Shown: positions 38,901-47,026, counted from the stretch's first letter. The stretch: 64,000 nt of DNA from Dehalococcoidia bacterium (GCA_963662435.1 OY759598.1:124001-188000); one strand, 5' to 3'. Notes: generated by a model from the sequence alone, not told the origin. Program-made: numbers and translations.

Positions 38901-39216
38901 GTTCGCTGATAATGGCTCCCGCTCCGTAGAACGCGATTTCAATACCATCTGCCGGAAGGTCAGTCCACTGGCCGTTCCGGTACATCTGAACGCCGTAGGA
39001 ATCGGCCCCTCGCACCTCGTTCCACTCCAGGTCTACGCCCCCGATGAATACCGCAGTTCCGCTAGGCTGGTCCGGAGTGTTCGGGGCGCTACCCTGGGCG
39101 GATGCGGGTAACGCACCAGCGAGCAGGGCAGCCAGCGCCATCAGCAAGACAAGCGTCACTGTGATCGGCAGGGTCAACCCTCGGTTGGTCAACGGGGAAG
39201 TTCTCATTGTTCTCAA
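32953..39216 (-). CDS. Giant secreted repeat protein/adhesin (FN3, ~100-aa Ig-like repeats, cadherin-like beta-sandwich domains)
   Basis: Signal peptide; roughly ten ATGxPTISGTAQVGETLTADTSGIADxDGL..YQW..TIKVRVSFTDDAGN repeats; two C-terminal FN3 units with a 300-bp period (33001/33301). Confidence 0.85.
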   Translation of the reverse strand: MRTMRTSPLTNRGLTLPITVTLVLLMALAALLAGALPASAQGSAPNTPDQPSGTAVFIGGVDLEWNEVRGADSYGVQMYRNGQWTDLPADGIEIAFYGAGAIISELEPEGSSYWFRARAVNAHGSSEWSDFNFMAPTSQSKSGRQARPDNVPASGEPVISGTAQVGESLTVETTGIEDGNGLDRVQFRFQWVSHDGNADTDIANATDSTYTLVADDAGNTIKVRVAFTDRGGYAESLTGGETATVAASPNSPATGAPTISGIAQVGSPLFAYTYGIADADGLTKVSYSYQWVANDGTADTDITGATAFFYPLMADDAGNTIKVRVSFTDDAGNDESLTSAATEAVDARPYSPATGQPTGPDAYVTVVITSGDDTVSWSDPDECTSDYNTYLSLTSGPGWGTTSRTHIGSVASGSTEATQTISLNWTGNSLHPPIVKAELYCGTFDASSSQNVLIASTGLATQLYLGPLFTGLREGTYSSAPLTALTISSGTLSPTFDRGKNTYTAEVSSDVEVITLDPTVLTGYQTDFVRNPIWGVVLFCGPPCNYSYGNGTTTGIVLADADEETAGFQINLNRGENRLGIGVNKGERAADAGRLYVMTVTVANSPATGQPTISGTAQVGQTLTAGTSEISDVDGLTNVTYSYQWLADDADIAGATGDAYVLTTSEMGKIIKVGVSFTDDAGNDETSTSTATGTVNPAVQQPVANSPATGAPTISGTAQVGETLTADTSGIADADGLTNVSYSYQWLTSRDAEIASANEGSYVLTSNEIDKTIKVRVSFTDDGGNEETLTSAATGAVSPAVQQQQASNTPATGQPTISGTAQVGETLTADTSGISDADGLAIATFAYQWLADDAEIAGATGDAYVLTTSEMGKIIKVRVSFTDDAGNDESLTSTATGTVSPAVQPQIANSPATGAPTISGTAQVGETLTADTTGIADDDGLDNVSYSYQWVANDGTSDTDIADATDSTYTLVATDEGKTIKVRASFTDDAGNNASLTSAATGAVAAAPPSYITVGVREDTSDPNDIVTNFTVIWSDSDDCSTDYNAYLNIYPETGLGQETPSNQLHLGSAGFDETRLTKGLAGVQGSFEGFNVELYCGTDGSGRMVSRVDIAPWQSPTTRPSPGTYSSKPPLSALSVSHGTMTPTFESHTSDYTVPDVDNADTRITITAIPEAGYFVEFYEASDLPVIGIFAYGLGPNGPPTSDSADCVRAYNDDLGRLFELTDADPNTPGFQVDVYDGENYVHVRVLPTYCDGGTGYKLAITRAEGTITLPRPNRSATGLGHIRPNYHRGPCVGCTMNADVSRISDRDGWDESTFNYQWLADDAEITGATSSSYTVTDAELGKTLRVRVSFTDDRGNEESVTSPATQEVKLPNREPIGKPIILGTLQVGQTLTADVSGISDPNGMTNATFSYQWNGFYGSVRDREEYTLVDFDMGVRGHDTCGCQLIVTYTDDAGHEERVWSELIGVVAPRPNSLPTGAPAISGTAQVGETLTADTSGIADDDGLNDVTYNYQWVANDGTSDTDIAGATDSTYTLVVADEGKTIKVRASFTDDVGNRETLTSAATDAVSFATQQQTFNSPATGWPTISGTAQVGETLTADITGIADADGLSGPTFSYQWVANDGTSDTDIADAMDSTYTLAADDEAKTIKLRVSFTDNAGNEETLTSTATETVSYATQQQTSDSMATGWPTISGTAQVGETLTADTTDIADDDGLEYVYYSYQWVANEGSSYTYIADATDSTYTLVAADEGKTIYVVVSFWDDAGTHTTVTSAATATVTARPNTPATGRPAISGTVQVGETLTADTSGIADDDGLTNVSYSNQWLADDADIAGATASTYSLVAADEGKTIKVRVSFADDLGNAETVTSAATAAVEAPEPPAMPTGLSPSVSHDAVTLTWDDPQDDSITGYIILRRDRAIHPVGTFVTITGDTGSADTTYTDDTVEPDKRYVYRIKAINEHGEVSEISDWVRANTPAVPVPDKPTGLSAAVSHDAVTLTWDDPEDDAITGYVILRRDRAIHPVGTFVTIAGDTGSADSTYTDDTVEPDKEYVYRIKAINEHGEVSEMSDWVRGFTPAAPAPAGSPAN

Positions 39217-39383
39217 GCTCTCCTATATATGGGATGTCTGTCGTGACGTGGCTGGGTTGTTCCGAATTGAGTTACGGCGGTTGTGGCAATGTTCGTGGAG
39301 GCGACCAGCCGAGCTTCGCTGTGTTCATCACCGTTCTCCTCTCCGTTCCCTCAATTTGCTGTCGGACAATCTTCTTCCTGAAT

Positions 39384-39417
39384 AAAAACGTGTATAAATC
39401 CAGTTATACACGCTATA
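39384..39417. other. loxP-like recombination site L (13+8+13)
   Basis: AAAAACGTGTATA-AATCCAGT-TATACACGCTATA. Confidence 0.85.
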
Positions 39418-39428
39418 AGTAGGCGAAA

Positions 39429-40664
39429 ATGAAAGTGGCGAGGAGACAAATGGCACAGGGCGCGCCGAATGTCGGAGAGTGCATCCCCACCGGGTTGCGG
39501 GTATTCGAACACCAGCCGGGCGACAACGGTGGGAGCGACGGGGTAGAGGCTTGCTCACTCGTCTCGGGAGCTCAGGCAAACGCAAGCAGGCTCAGGGACT
39601 TCGCGAGTCTCCGCGCACCTACCAGGACCGAGCCGCCGAACGTGGTCGCCCCACCCCTCATTCGGGACGGCGGGCAAAGCGCAGGCTCGATCAAAGTCGG
39701 ATCCGCCGTTTCCCTTCTGCATGCCGACGAACTCAGCGAAGCCGACATCGACAGCCTGAACGCGGTCCTCGATCACGAGATCTCTCCGAATACGATGAAG
39801 AACTACCGGGTTCAGTGGGGTAACTTCATCGCGTGGACCGCCGGAAAGGGCATCCGGGCGCTGCCCGCTGACCCTGCGCAGGTGGCCGTCTACCTGGCCG
39901 AGCGCATTGAGGAACACGGCCACAAGCCCGCGACCCTGCGGGCGGCGGCCGCGGCGATAGGGTTCATCCACAGGACCGCAGGACAGGTCGATCCCTGCAC
40001 CGGCCCGGAAGTGAAGAGAACGCTGAGAAGCGCAACACGCAAGGCCGGCAGGCGGCAGAAGCAGGCGGAGGCACTCACAGCCGAGGCCTTAACTGCCATC
40101 CGATCAACGGTCTACAACCCCCGGCGCGGGCGGGGTGGCAGATTCGAGGGTAAGGAAACAGCGAGGTGCAGGGGTAACCTGGACGTAGCGTTGATCAGCC
40201 TGATGCGCGACGCAATGCTAAGGGTATCGGAGGCCGCCGTTCTAACCTGGGCAGATATAGAGACCGAGGCCGACATGACTGGGCGTCTTCTGATCAGGCG
40301 CTCCAAGACGGACACCGAGGGAGAGGGTGCCGTTGCCTTCCTGTCTTCGCCAACGATGCTGGTGCTCAGATCGATCTGCGCTTCAAAGGCTGCTGCTGAC
40401 AGTGTGTTCGGGCTGCGTCCTAACCAGATTTCCAGGCGCATAAAACAGGCGGCGCAAGCTGCCGGTCTGGGGGATGGCTTCAGTGGTCACTCACCGAGAG
40501 TGGGAATGGCACGGGATCTCGCGCGGGCTGGAATCGAGCTGCCCAGATTGATGAACGCCGGACGCTGGCGCAATCCCTCAATGCCAGCTCACTATACGCG
40601 CAACGAGACCGCAGGCAGGGGCGCAGTGGCGCAGTATCATGGATACTCCCGCCGAGCGGCATGA
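39429..40664 (+). CDS. Cre-like tyrosine recombinase
   Basis: SAM-like N-domain (SPNTMKNYRVQWGNF..KPATL), catalytic MLRVSE, RRSKTD, GHSPRVG, AGRW, AHYTR; start codon uncertain. Confidence 0.9.
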   Translation: MKVARRQMAQGAPNVGECIPTGLRVFEHQPGDNGGSDGVEACSLVSGAQANASRLRDFASLRAPTRTEPPNVVAPPLIRDGGQSAGSIKVGSAVSLLHADELSEADIDSLNAVLDHEISPNTMKNYRVQWGNFIAWTAGKGIRALPADPAQVAVYLAERIEEHGHKPATLRAAAAAIGFIHRTAGQVDPCTGPEVKRTLRSATRKAGRRQKQAEALTAEALTAIRSTVYNPRRGRGGRFEGKETARCRGNLDVALISLMRDAMLRVSEAAVLTWADIETEADMTGRLLIRRSKTDTEGEGAVAFLSSPTMLVLRSICASKAAADSVFGLRPNQISRRIKQAAQAAGLGDGFSGHSPRVGMARDLARAGIELPRLMNAGRWRNPSMPAHYTRNETAGRGAVAQYHGYSRRAA

Positions 40665-40701
40665 ACGGGTTATTCTAGGAAGAGACGCCCGATTATGGGG
40701 A

Positions 40702-40731
40702 TTGACTTCAGTTGGCGGATCGTGGTAGTTT
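40702..40731 (+). promoter_or_regulatory. Candidate outward-facing promoter inside the invertible segment
   Basis: TTGACT-18 bp-TAGTTT with extended -10 TGn, 54 bp inside site R. Confidence 0.5.
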
Positions 40732-40784
40732 TCGAGCCGGGAAGCCGTTAAGCACCGTATTCCCGCAGAACCGGTGGGAGACGG

Positions 40785-40818
40785 TAAAGCGTGTATAACT
40801 GGATTTATACACGCTTTA
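40785..40818. other. loxP-like recombination site R (13+8+13), inverted relative to site L
   Basis: TAAAGCGTGTATA-ACTGGATT-TATACACGCTTTA; perfect arms; spacer is the reverse complement of the site L spacer. Confidence 0.9.
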
Positions 40819-41174
40819 GTTTTAGCGGCTGAGACTGCTGACCAGAACGAGGCGTTCTCTCCTACCCGCTCCTTCCGAGGCTCGTTGGTAACCCCATTTG
40901 CAAAATCCCTCTCTCGTTACTGGCTATTATGAAACTCAGTATCTATTAATACGATATTTCGGCCTTGTACGGATGTAGTAGGTGATTGCGAGGCTGTCGG
41001 TATCCGTCCGAGAAGGACTCTCTCGTGACTGCCCCAACCGTATGAACCTCTATATCCAATTATAACGGTTGAAGGACCGGGAAAGATGGGAATGGCCCTG
41101 TTCGGCCAGCGGAGCGGGGGCTGGGAAGTTTTGCCGGGCACCAGCGTGATGGTGCCCCTATTTAGGAACGGCGT

Positions 41175-41993
41175 TTACCGTGCGCTCTCGGTGGCGTAGC
41201 CTCCAACCAAGTGCACGCCGAGGGTCGCCAGGTCCTTGATCATGCCCAGCCTCGGGCTGTCGCCTGAGTACCCCTCGCCCAGACTCGCCTGTCTCGCCGC
41301 CGCGCCTATACGTCTTCCTATCTGGTTCGGTCTCATGCCGAGGACGGGCTCGTCGTCGCCCGCGCCCCAGCGGACGAGCAGAAGCAGCTTCATCGTGTCG
41401 GCGCTCACCTCGCGGTAGTCGGTCTCCCCTGCGCTCACGACGCGTACACGCCCTGAACCGCCACGTATTCGCTGGACATCGCCCCAGGTCAGGTCGGCCG
41501 CCTCGCTCACACGGAGTCTCGCGTCCCTCATCAGGCCGATCATCGCGATGTCCAGAGCGCCCCTCCTGCGGGCGTTCGAGGTGCGCTCCAACTGGCCGCC
41601 CCTTCCACCACGCGGTCTCTGCGCCGTGTTCCTAATGGCGAGATAGCAGTCCAGGTCCAGCGGGAGCGCCCTGTTCGGACCGGGATTGTCATCCTTTGTC
41701 AGCTCGGCCAGCACGGTTCGGGCGGCGCCCTCGTGAAGAGGCACGTCGAAACCGGCGTCCTTGTGACTGCGGGCTATCGCGGCGGCTGCCACGCGCAAGG
41801 TCGATGGCCGGGCGCCGGTGCCAGACCTATCTTCGAGATACGCGGCCACGTCTTCGGCGGAAGCGGGCAGCGAACATCTCCCCGACGCCTGGGACCATGC
41901 CACGAAGCGGTTCCACTGGCTGGTGTAGCTGGCTCCCGTCCGAGTTCGTTCTGATGTTGCCGGCCTCGTCTCAGCCATTGGCGACACCCCCAC
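41175..41993 (-). CDS. Truncated, catalytically defective Cre-like recombinase paralogue
   Basis: Same N-domain and RLRVSE, but no SKTD lysine loop, GDSPRLG instead of GHSPRVG, and ends before the GRW/Tyr region. Confidence 0.7.
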   Translation of the reverse strand: MGVSPMAETRPATSERTRTGASYTSQWNRFVAWSQASGRCSLPASAEDVAAYLEDRSGTGARPSTLRVAAAAIARSHKDAGFDVPLHEGAARTVLAELTKDDNPGPNRALPLDLDCYLAIRNTAQRPRGGRGGQLERTSNARRRGALDIAMIGLMRDARLRVSEAADLTWGDVQRIRGGSGRVRVVSAGETDYREVSADTMKLLLLVRWGAGDDEPVLGMRPNQIGRRIGAAARQASLGEGYSGDSPRLGMIKDLATLGVHLVGGYATESAR

Positions 41994-42495
41994 TTCATCT
42001 GCTGCCTATCAATCTAACCGCCGCGCAACGTCGATAGTAGCACTCCCGCAGGTTCCGAAACACCGGAGCCGCCCATCAGGCTGACTGCCTCATAACGGTA
42101 AACCGTCCAACCGGCGCTGCTGGGATCTCGGGAGCAAAGTTGTGGAAGTCTCGGCTATCCAGATTGGAGGGGACTACGAACGTCAACGCGACGGACTTGC
42201 GCGCGGCGCAGTCAGGGTGGGACCATGTCCGCATTCCATCACTGGCACTTACGTTTATCCCGGTGTACAGGGATTGCGCTGGCTTCGACGACAGGTTCAT
42301 TATTGGCGGGAGATGTGTGGTAGATACAACTTGATTGGTAGATAGAGGAGTTTGCAGGGCGGTTCGACCTCGAAAGCGGCACGGTCACATTCTCGTCCGG
42401 CGTCGCTCCCACTCTAAGGAGGTCCTGAAGATCGTGGGCGGCAGGCAAAGGGCGGGGGGAGACGAATCACGCAAGCCTGCGAAAGGATAGCAAGT

Positions 42496-43437
42496 ATGTC
42501 CATTCCGTCTTTCAGCGAACTAGGTAGGCTCTTTGCGAACCAGTCAAAGGATATCTGGGATCGGCTGGGCTACGTAAGAGATTCATACAAGAGTCGAGGC
42601 GTCCTGGGTCCTGTGAGATTCGGGGAAGAGACGATCACCGATCTACTGATGATGGACCTCTATGTGCAGGGATCTACACTGGCCCACTTCGAACAGACTT
42701 CCAAGCCGAACGAAGCCATGTGGGGAACAGACTTCGAACTGTGGCTGGGCTCAAAGACCAAGGGATGGCTTCGATTCGCAATCCAGGCCAAGAAGCTCGA
42801 TCTGCGAACTGAAAGATATTCTTCCCTCACGCAAGCCAACTCCAATGGACCACAGATAGAACTACTAGAAGACTATGCGCGACTCAATCGTGCCGCTCCT
42901 CTTTACTGCCTCTACAATCACACCGACGGCGCCGATGAATTCGATCACTGGCACTGCTGTACTCAACCTGCCGATCTCAAGGAGCTCGGCTGCACCGTAA
43001 CTCCTCTATCCAACATAGCTACGGCTATAGACGAATGGGGTGGCAAGAACTTCGACAGCATTCACAAGAACAAAGGCACGTTACCTTGGAAATGTCTGGT
43101 TTCATGCCCGATGGTCTGGTATTCACTCGAAGTAATGTCGGGGAGCATATCTGACAGGCCGGCGTTGGATGTGCCTTCCTTGTTCGATCCGGAGTCCTGC
43201 TACCACGCGACTGCGCCGGGGGTGCTCCAACGGGACAGTGGGGCGGTCGTCCTTCGGGAGAATGAGCGCGGCGGTTCACTGATTTCGATACCGGTCGACG
43301 AGGACAGGGAGATAGATCGCTCGGTCGGTGGATTGGGGTCGGCTGCTCGGGGTGACTTTAGGGAGCGATACCACCGGGACACAGGCTTGCCCAAGGCAGC
43401 TGCGGTGATAGAAGTGCAAGGCCCGGAGCGTGGATGA
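42496..43437 (+). CDS. DUF6615-like PD-(D/E)XK-fold protein (putative nuclease)
   Basis: GEETITD, EAMWGTDFELW, IQAKKL, PLYCLYN. Confidence 0.6.
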   Translation: MSIPSFSELGRLFANQSKDIWDRLGYVRDSYKSRGVLGPVRFGEETITDLLMMDLYVQGSTLAHFEQTSKPNEAMWGTDFELWLGSKTKGWLRFAIQAKKLDLRTERYSSLTQANSNGPQIELLEDYARLNRAAPLYCLYNHTDGADEFDHWHCCTQPADLKELGCTVTPLSNIATAIDEWGGKNFDSIHKNKGTLPWKCLVSCPMVWYSLEVMSGSISDRPALDVPSLFDPESCYHATAPGVLQRDSGAVVLRENERGGSLISIPVDEDREIDRSVGGLGSAARGDFRERYHRDTGLPKAAAVIEVQGPERG

Positions 43438-43511
43438 ACTCGGGCAGTCCGAGATACTCCGCAGCGTGCGCCAGCTTCATGCGGAAGGAATGCGAATAGC
43501 CAAGGAACGTT

Positions 43512-44357
43512 ATGCCAATACCTGAGTCCAGGCTATCCCAGTGGAGCCATCATCAGGCTGCGACGGCCTTCACGCAGGCGCACCTCCCCATCCGGGCTGC
43601 ACTTGACGCCTATAGCTGGCCCCCGGACATCAAGTATGAAGTCTTCCTTCAGGGCTCCTACAAGAACGATACGAACCTTGGCGGTGACAGCGACGTCGAC
43701 GTGGTGGTGCGGTTGAACCAGCGGCTCAGGCCACGCGTGGTCGAGCTTTCAGGCCGGCAGCTACAAGAAGACGCCTCTCACCAAGGCGCGTACCGACGAT
43801 GGAAGTCCTTCAGGGACCATGCCCTCAAGGCGATGAGAGCCAGGTTCGGGAATGCCGCTGAGAGCGGCCGGAAAACCCTGAAGGTGCCGAAGGGCAGGAT
43901 CCCGGCGGATGCCGATCTCGTGGTCACGCTTCGCTACAGGGACGGCATAGCGTTCTACTTACCCGACGAAGGAAGCTGGGTCGTCAGCTTCCCGCAGCAG
44001 CACCACGACGAGGGTCAGAAAAAGGAAGAGGCCACGGGCAGGAGATTCAAGCGGACGGTCCGCATGTTCAAGGCGGCCCGGAACCGGCTCGTAGAGAAGA
44101 AGATGCTCGCCAAGGGTGATGCCCCCTCCTACTTCATCGAGTGCCTGCTCCACAACGTCCCCGACAGCCTCTTCCCACCGAAGTTGGCGCCGACGTACAT
44201 GGGTATCCTCGATTGGTTGAAGGAGGCGCAGCTCAAGGACTTCAGATGCCAAAACGGAAGGGTGGACCTGTTTGGGTCGGGGCGGGAGCAATGGACCCAG
44301 AAGAAGGCGCGGGCGTTCGTATGGGCGCTGCAGGAGCTGTGGGAGGCGGGGAGTTGA
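43512..44357 (+). CDS. cdnE: cGAS/DncV-like nucleotidyltransferase (CdnE-like CD-NTase)
   Basis: MPIPESRLSQWSH, FLQGSYKNDTNLGGDSDVDVVV, ADLVV, RMFKAARN, APSYFIECLL, CQNG..LFG..EQW; collinear with clade E CdnE as recalled. Confidence 0.85.
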   Translation: MPIPESRLSQWSHHQAATAFTQAHLPIRAALDAYSWPPDIKYEVFLQGSYKNDTNLGGDSDVDVVVRLNQRLRPRVVELSGRQLQEDASHQGAYRRWKSFRDHALKAMRARFGNAAESGRKTLKVPKGRIPADADLVVTLRYRDGIAFYLPDEGSWVVSFPQQHHDEGQKKEEATGRRFKRTVRMFKAARNRLVEKKMLAKGDAPSYFIECLLHNVPDSLFPPKLAPTYMGILDWLKEAQLKDFRCQNGRVDLFGSGREQWTQKKARAFVWALQELWEAGS

Positions 44358-44532
44358 GCAATATAGGGCGACGACGCCGAGCGGAGTCTTCCTAGCAAAA
44401 GCCAACGCCGAGACCTTCCGGCACAATGCGGATGCTCAGGATATTGCCTTGTGCACGCCCATTGGACTACACTGCAAGGAATTGCAGGCATTTACGGCCA
44501 TTCGGGCCCTTGAGGTGTTTGAGGCACTAGAT

Positions 44533-44859
44533 ATGAGTACGGTTCCAGATTCAAGTGTTCGACGGTGTGAATTGCTATCACGTTTGTTCGCGCCCGATGG
44601 CAAGCCCAGGGAGGGACTGGAGAATCAGCAATCCCTCAGTTCCGCCGACGTTGCAGCACTGTTTCAGATGACAGAACGGTCTATTCGTAAGCTTGCAGCA
44701 GATGGGCGACTGCCTCACATGCGTACATTGGGAGGGGGACGCCTACTGTACCCGCCACATGAGATTGCTGACCTGTATAGAGAATTCTGTTCGACTGGCC
44801 TGAAGCGGGGCCCCAAGGGAAGCGATTCGCCTGAGAAGTACGGAGAGCCCGCAGAATGA
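44533..44859 (+). CDS. Excisionase/MerR-like HTH DNA-binding protein
   Basis: LSSADVAALFQMTERSIRKLAADGRLPHMRTLGGGRLLY; ATGA overlap with the desulfurase. Confidence 0.65.
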   Translation: MSTVPDSSVRRCELLSRLFAPDGKPREGLENQQSLSSADVAALFQMTERSIRKLAADGRLPHMRTLGGGRLLYPPHEIADLYREFCSTGLKRGPKGSDSPEKYGEPAE

Positions 44860-46016
44860 AGCTGCCCTTCCCGCAACCGATCTACCTGGACCATCACGCC
44901 ACCACCGCGGTCGACCCACGGGTGGCCGCCGTGGTAATGGAGGTCATGACATCTACCTTTGGGAACGCGAACAGCGTAGAGCATCTCTACGGCGAGGTCG
45001 CCGCTGACCTCGTGGCCGAGGCAAAGTCTGAGGTTGCAGAGACGGTTGGCGGCGAAGCAGACGGTGTTTTCTTTACCTCTGGTTCTACGGAAAGCATCCG
45101 CCTCGCTATCTCACACGCTGTAGCCAGCTGTCGGGGAAGGCCATTACGGGTCGCGATGTCCACGGTAGAGCACCGAGCCGTAATGGACGCCGTTACTCTT
45201 CACGGACAACGAGAAGAGGTCGTCGTGCACTGGATTCCAGTTGACGGTCAAGCACGGCTCGATATGCCAGCCTTACGAGCTGTGTGCGAGGAAGGTGTTG
45301 ATCTCGTATGCGTGATGGCCGCAAATAATGAAGTAGGGACTATTTATCCCATAGAAGACATCGTTCAGATCGCAGTTAGCTCGGGAGCCCAAACCCTGAT
45401 AGATGCCACGCAAGCGGCTGGGCGCATTCCTATAGAGGTCAGCAGGTGGGGAATCACATATCTCACCCTAAGCGCCCACAAGATTTATGGCCCAAAGGGC
45501 GTAGGCGCCCTTATTGCTCCGCCTAGCTTTCAGTCGTGGATAGCCAATGGATTCAGGCCTGACGTGGGTCATGGCACTCCAAATGTTCCGGGGATCGTAG
45601 GCCTTGGGATGGCCTGTGGGCTGCGTCGCCTTGAAATGGAAAGTGACGAGCCTCGAATGGAAGCTCAGCGTGACCGGTTGGAGGAGTTTCTCCTTGCCAA
45701 CATTGAAGGACTTGTGGTCAACGGAGATCGCGAGCACCGGTTGAGCAACAACTTGCATGTTTCAGTTGTTGGCGTGCCCAACGATGCCGTCATCTCTAGG
45801 CTGCGCCATCACGTCGCATTGTCCTCGGGTTCAGCTTGCGAATCGGCTGCCCAAACTCCCTCGCATGTACTGCAAGCAATGGGCCTTGCAGAGCCGTTGC
45901 GGGAGGGAGCTCTTCGCATTGGAACGGGCAAATTTACAACTGACGATGAGATAGAGAACGCGGGGAACCACATTACTGAGGCGGTAACCGCTATCCGCCA
46001 TGCGTTAGGGAGATAG
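44856..46016 (+). CDS. sspA: Cysteine desulfurase (IscS/SspA/DndA-like)
   Basis: IYLDHHATT, FTSGSTES, ANNEVG, DATQ, SAHKIYGPKG, SSGSAC. Confidence 0.85.
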   Translation: MKLPFPQPIYLDHHATTAVDPRVAAVVMEVMTSTFGNANSVEHLYGEVAADLVAEAKSEVAETVGGEADGVFFTSGSTESIRLAISHAVASCRGRPLRVAMSTVEHRAVMDAVTLHGQREEVVVHWIPVDGQARLDMPALRAVCEEGVDLVCVMAANNEVGTIYPIEDIVQIAVSSGAQTLIDATQAAGRIPIEVSRWGITYLTLSAHKIYGPKGVGALIAPPSFQSWIANGFRPDVGHGTPNVPGIVGLGMACGLRRLEMESDEPRMEAQRDRLEEFLLANIEGLVVNGDREHRLSNNLHVSVVGVPNDAVISRLRHHVALSSGSACESAAQTPSHVLQAMGLAEPLREGALRIGTGKFTTDDEIENAGNHITEAVTAIRHALGR

Positions 46017-46105
46017 TCACGTATGGGCTGTCCGTATCAGAAATTAGGGGCGGGATCCGAGGCCACATGTACCCTGGGCCGTTGGTCTGAGTGCTAGGGC
46101 TAGCC

Positions 46106-47026
46106 ATGAGATTCTCAGGACACGAGAGCTTCGCGTGTCGATACGCCTGGATGCCCAAGGCCTATCGTGCGCTTGTTGAGAACCCGGCCACGTTTGGGGA
46201 TATGGAACAAGCGATGGTGAGTCTGGGAGTCGGCAAGAACATGGTACGGTCGATTCGCTTCTGGGTTGAGGTGATGGGCGTTGCCATTCCTCAGAGAGAC
46301 AGGACCCTTGTGCCGAGTCACTTCGGAGAATCAATCTTCGATGACGACGGATTCGATCCATACCTTGAAGACGTTCGCACTCTATGGTTGCTGCATTGGA
46401 ATGTCGCATCACGGATAGGGGATCCGTTGTTTGCATGGGACTTTCTCCTGCACAAGTGGCCATATGTTGAATTGACACGAAGCGAGGCCCTGGCGGCTTT
46501 CGAGAACGAGTCCCGACGCCTCAACACGTCCCATTCGACCGTTACTCTTGGGCAACACCTGGATGTTTTTCTGCACACGTATGTTTTTACACCAGGCTCG
46601 CGGGGACCGCGTGAGGAAGCCCTAGATTGCCCTTTGGCCGAGTTGGAGTTGATCCAGACTGTAGGTGAGCGCCGAGTCGATGGTTCTGGGAAGCGGGAGC
46701 CCGTATACGCGTTTCGCCGCGAGGCCAAACCGGAGATCACGACCGCACTATTCGAGTACTGCTTAGACGACTACTGGCAGCGGCGTCACCCGGGGGAAGC
46801 CACGCTTACATACGGCGATGTGGCGATTGCTCCAGGCGGAATTGGGCAGCTGTTTAAGCTACCGGAGGACGATGTCCGTGCGCGGTTAGACACCTATGCC
46901 GTTCCAGACTCACCGCGACCATTCAGGTACCAACCTTCAGCTGTCCAAGGGCTCGTTTCCCGCAGAGAGGTAGAGAATCGAGACTTTCTGGCCACTGTGT
47001 ATGCCCAGGAGGTTGGCAGTGGCTGA
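46106..47026 (+). CDS. sspB: DUF4007 protein (SspB-like)
   Basis: FSGHESFACRYAWMPK, LGVGKNMVRSIRFW, DPYLED..TLWLLHW, CPLAELELI. Confidence 0.8.
   Translation: MRFSGHESFACRYAWMPKAYRALVENPATFGDMEQAMVSLGVGKNMVRSIRFWVEVMGVAIPQRDRTLVPSHFGESIFDDDGFDPYLEDVRTLWLLHWNVASRIGDPLFAWDFLLHKWPYVELTRSEALAAFENESRRLNTSHSTVTLGQHLDVFLHTYVFTPGSRGPREEALDCPLAELELIQTVGERRVDGSGKREPVYAFRREAKPEITTALFEYCLDDYWQRRHPGEATLTYGDVAIAPGGIGQLFKLPEDDVRARLDTYAVPDSPRPFRYQPSAVQGLVSRREVENRDFLATVYAQEVGSG

Larger units (their letters stand above)
642..41993. mobile_element. Conjugative element backbone (ICE or plasmid; boundaries not determinable)
   Basis: Relaxase + T4CP + VirB4/B2/B3/B6 operon divergent from a typical leading-region gene array; uniformly high GC. 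Confidence 0.8.

Noticed and set aside
39429..40664. The element's integrase with att sites
   Set aside because: The flanking sites are inverted and only 1.4 kb apart, which predicts local inversion rather than excision of the element.
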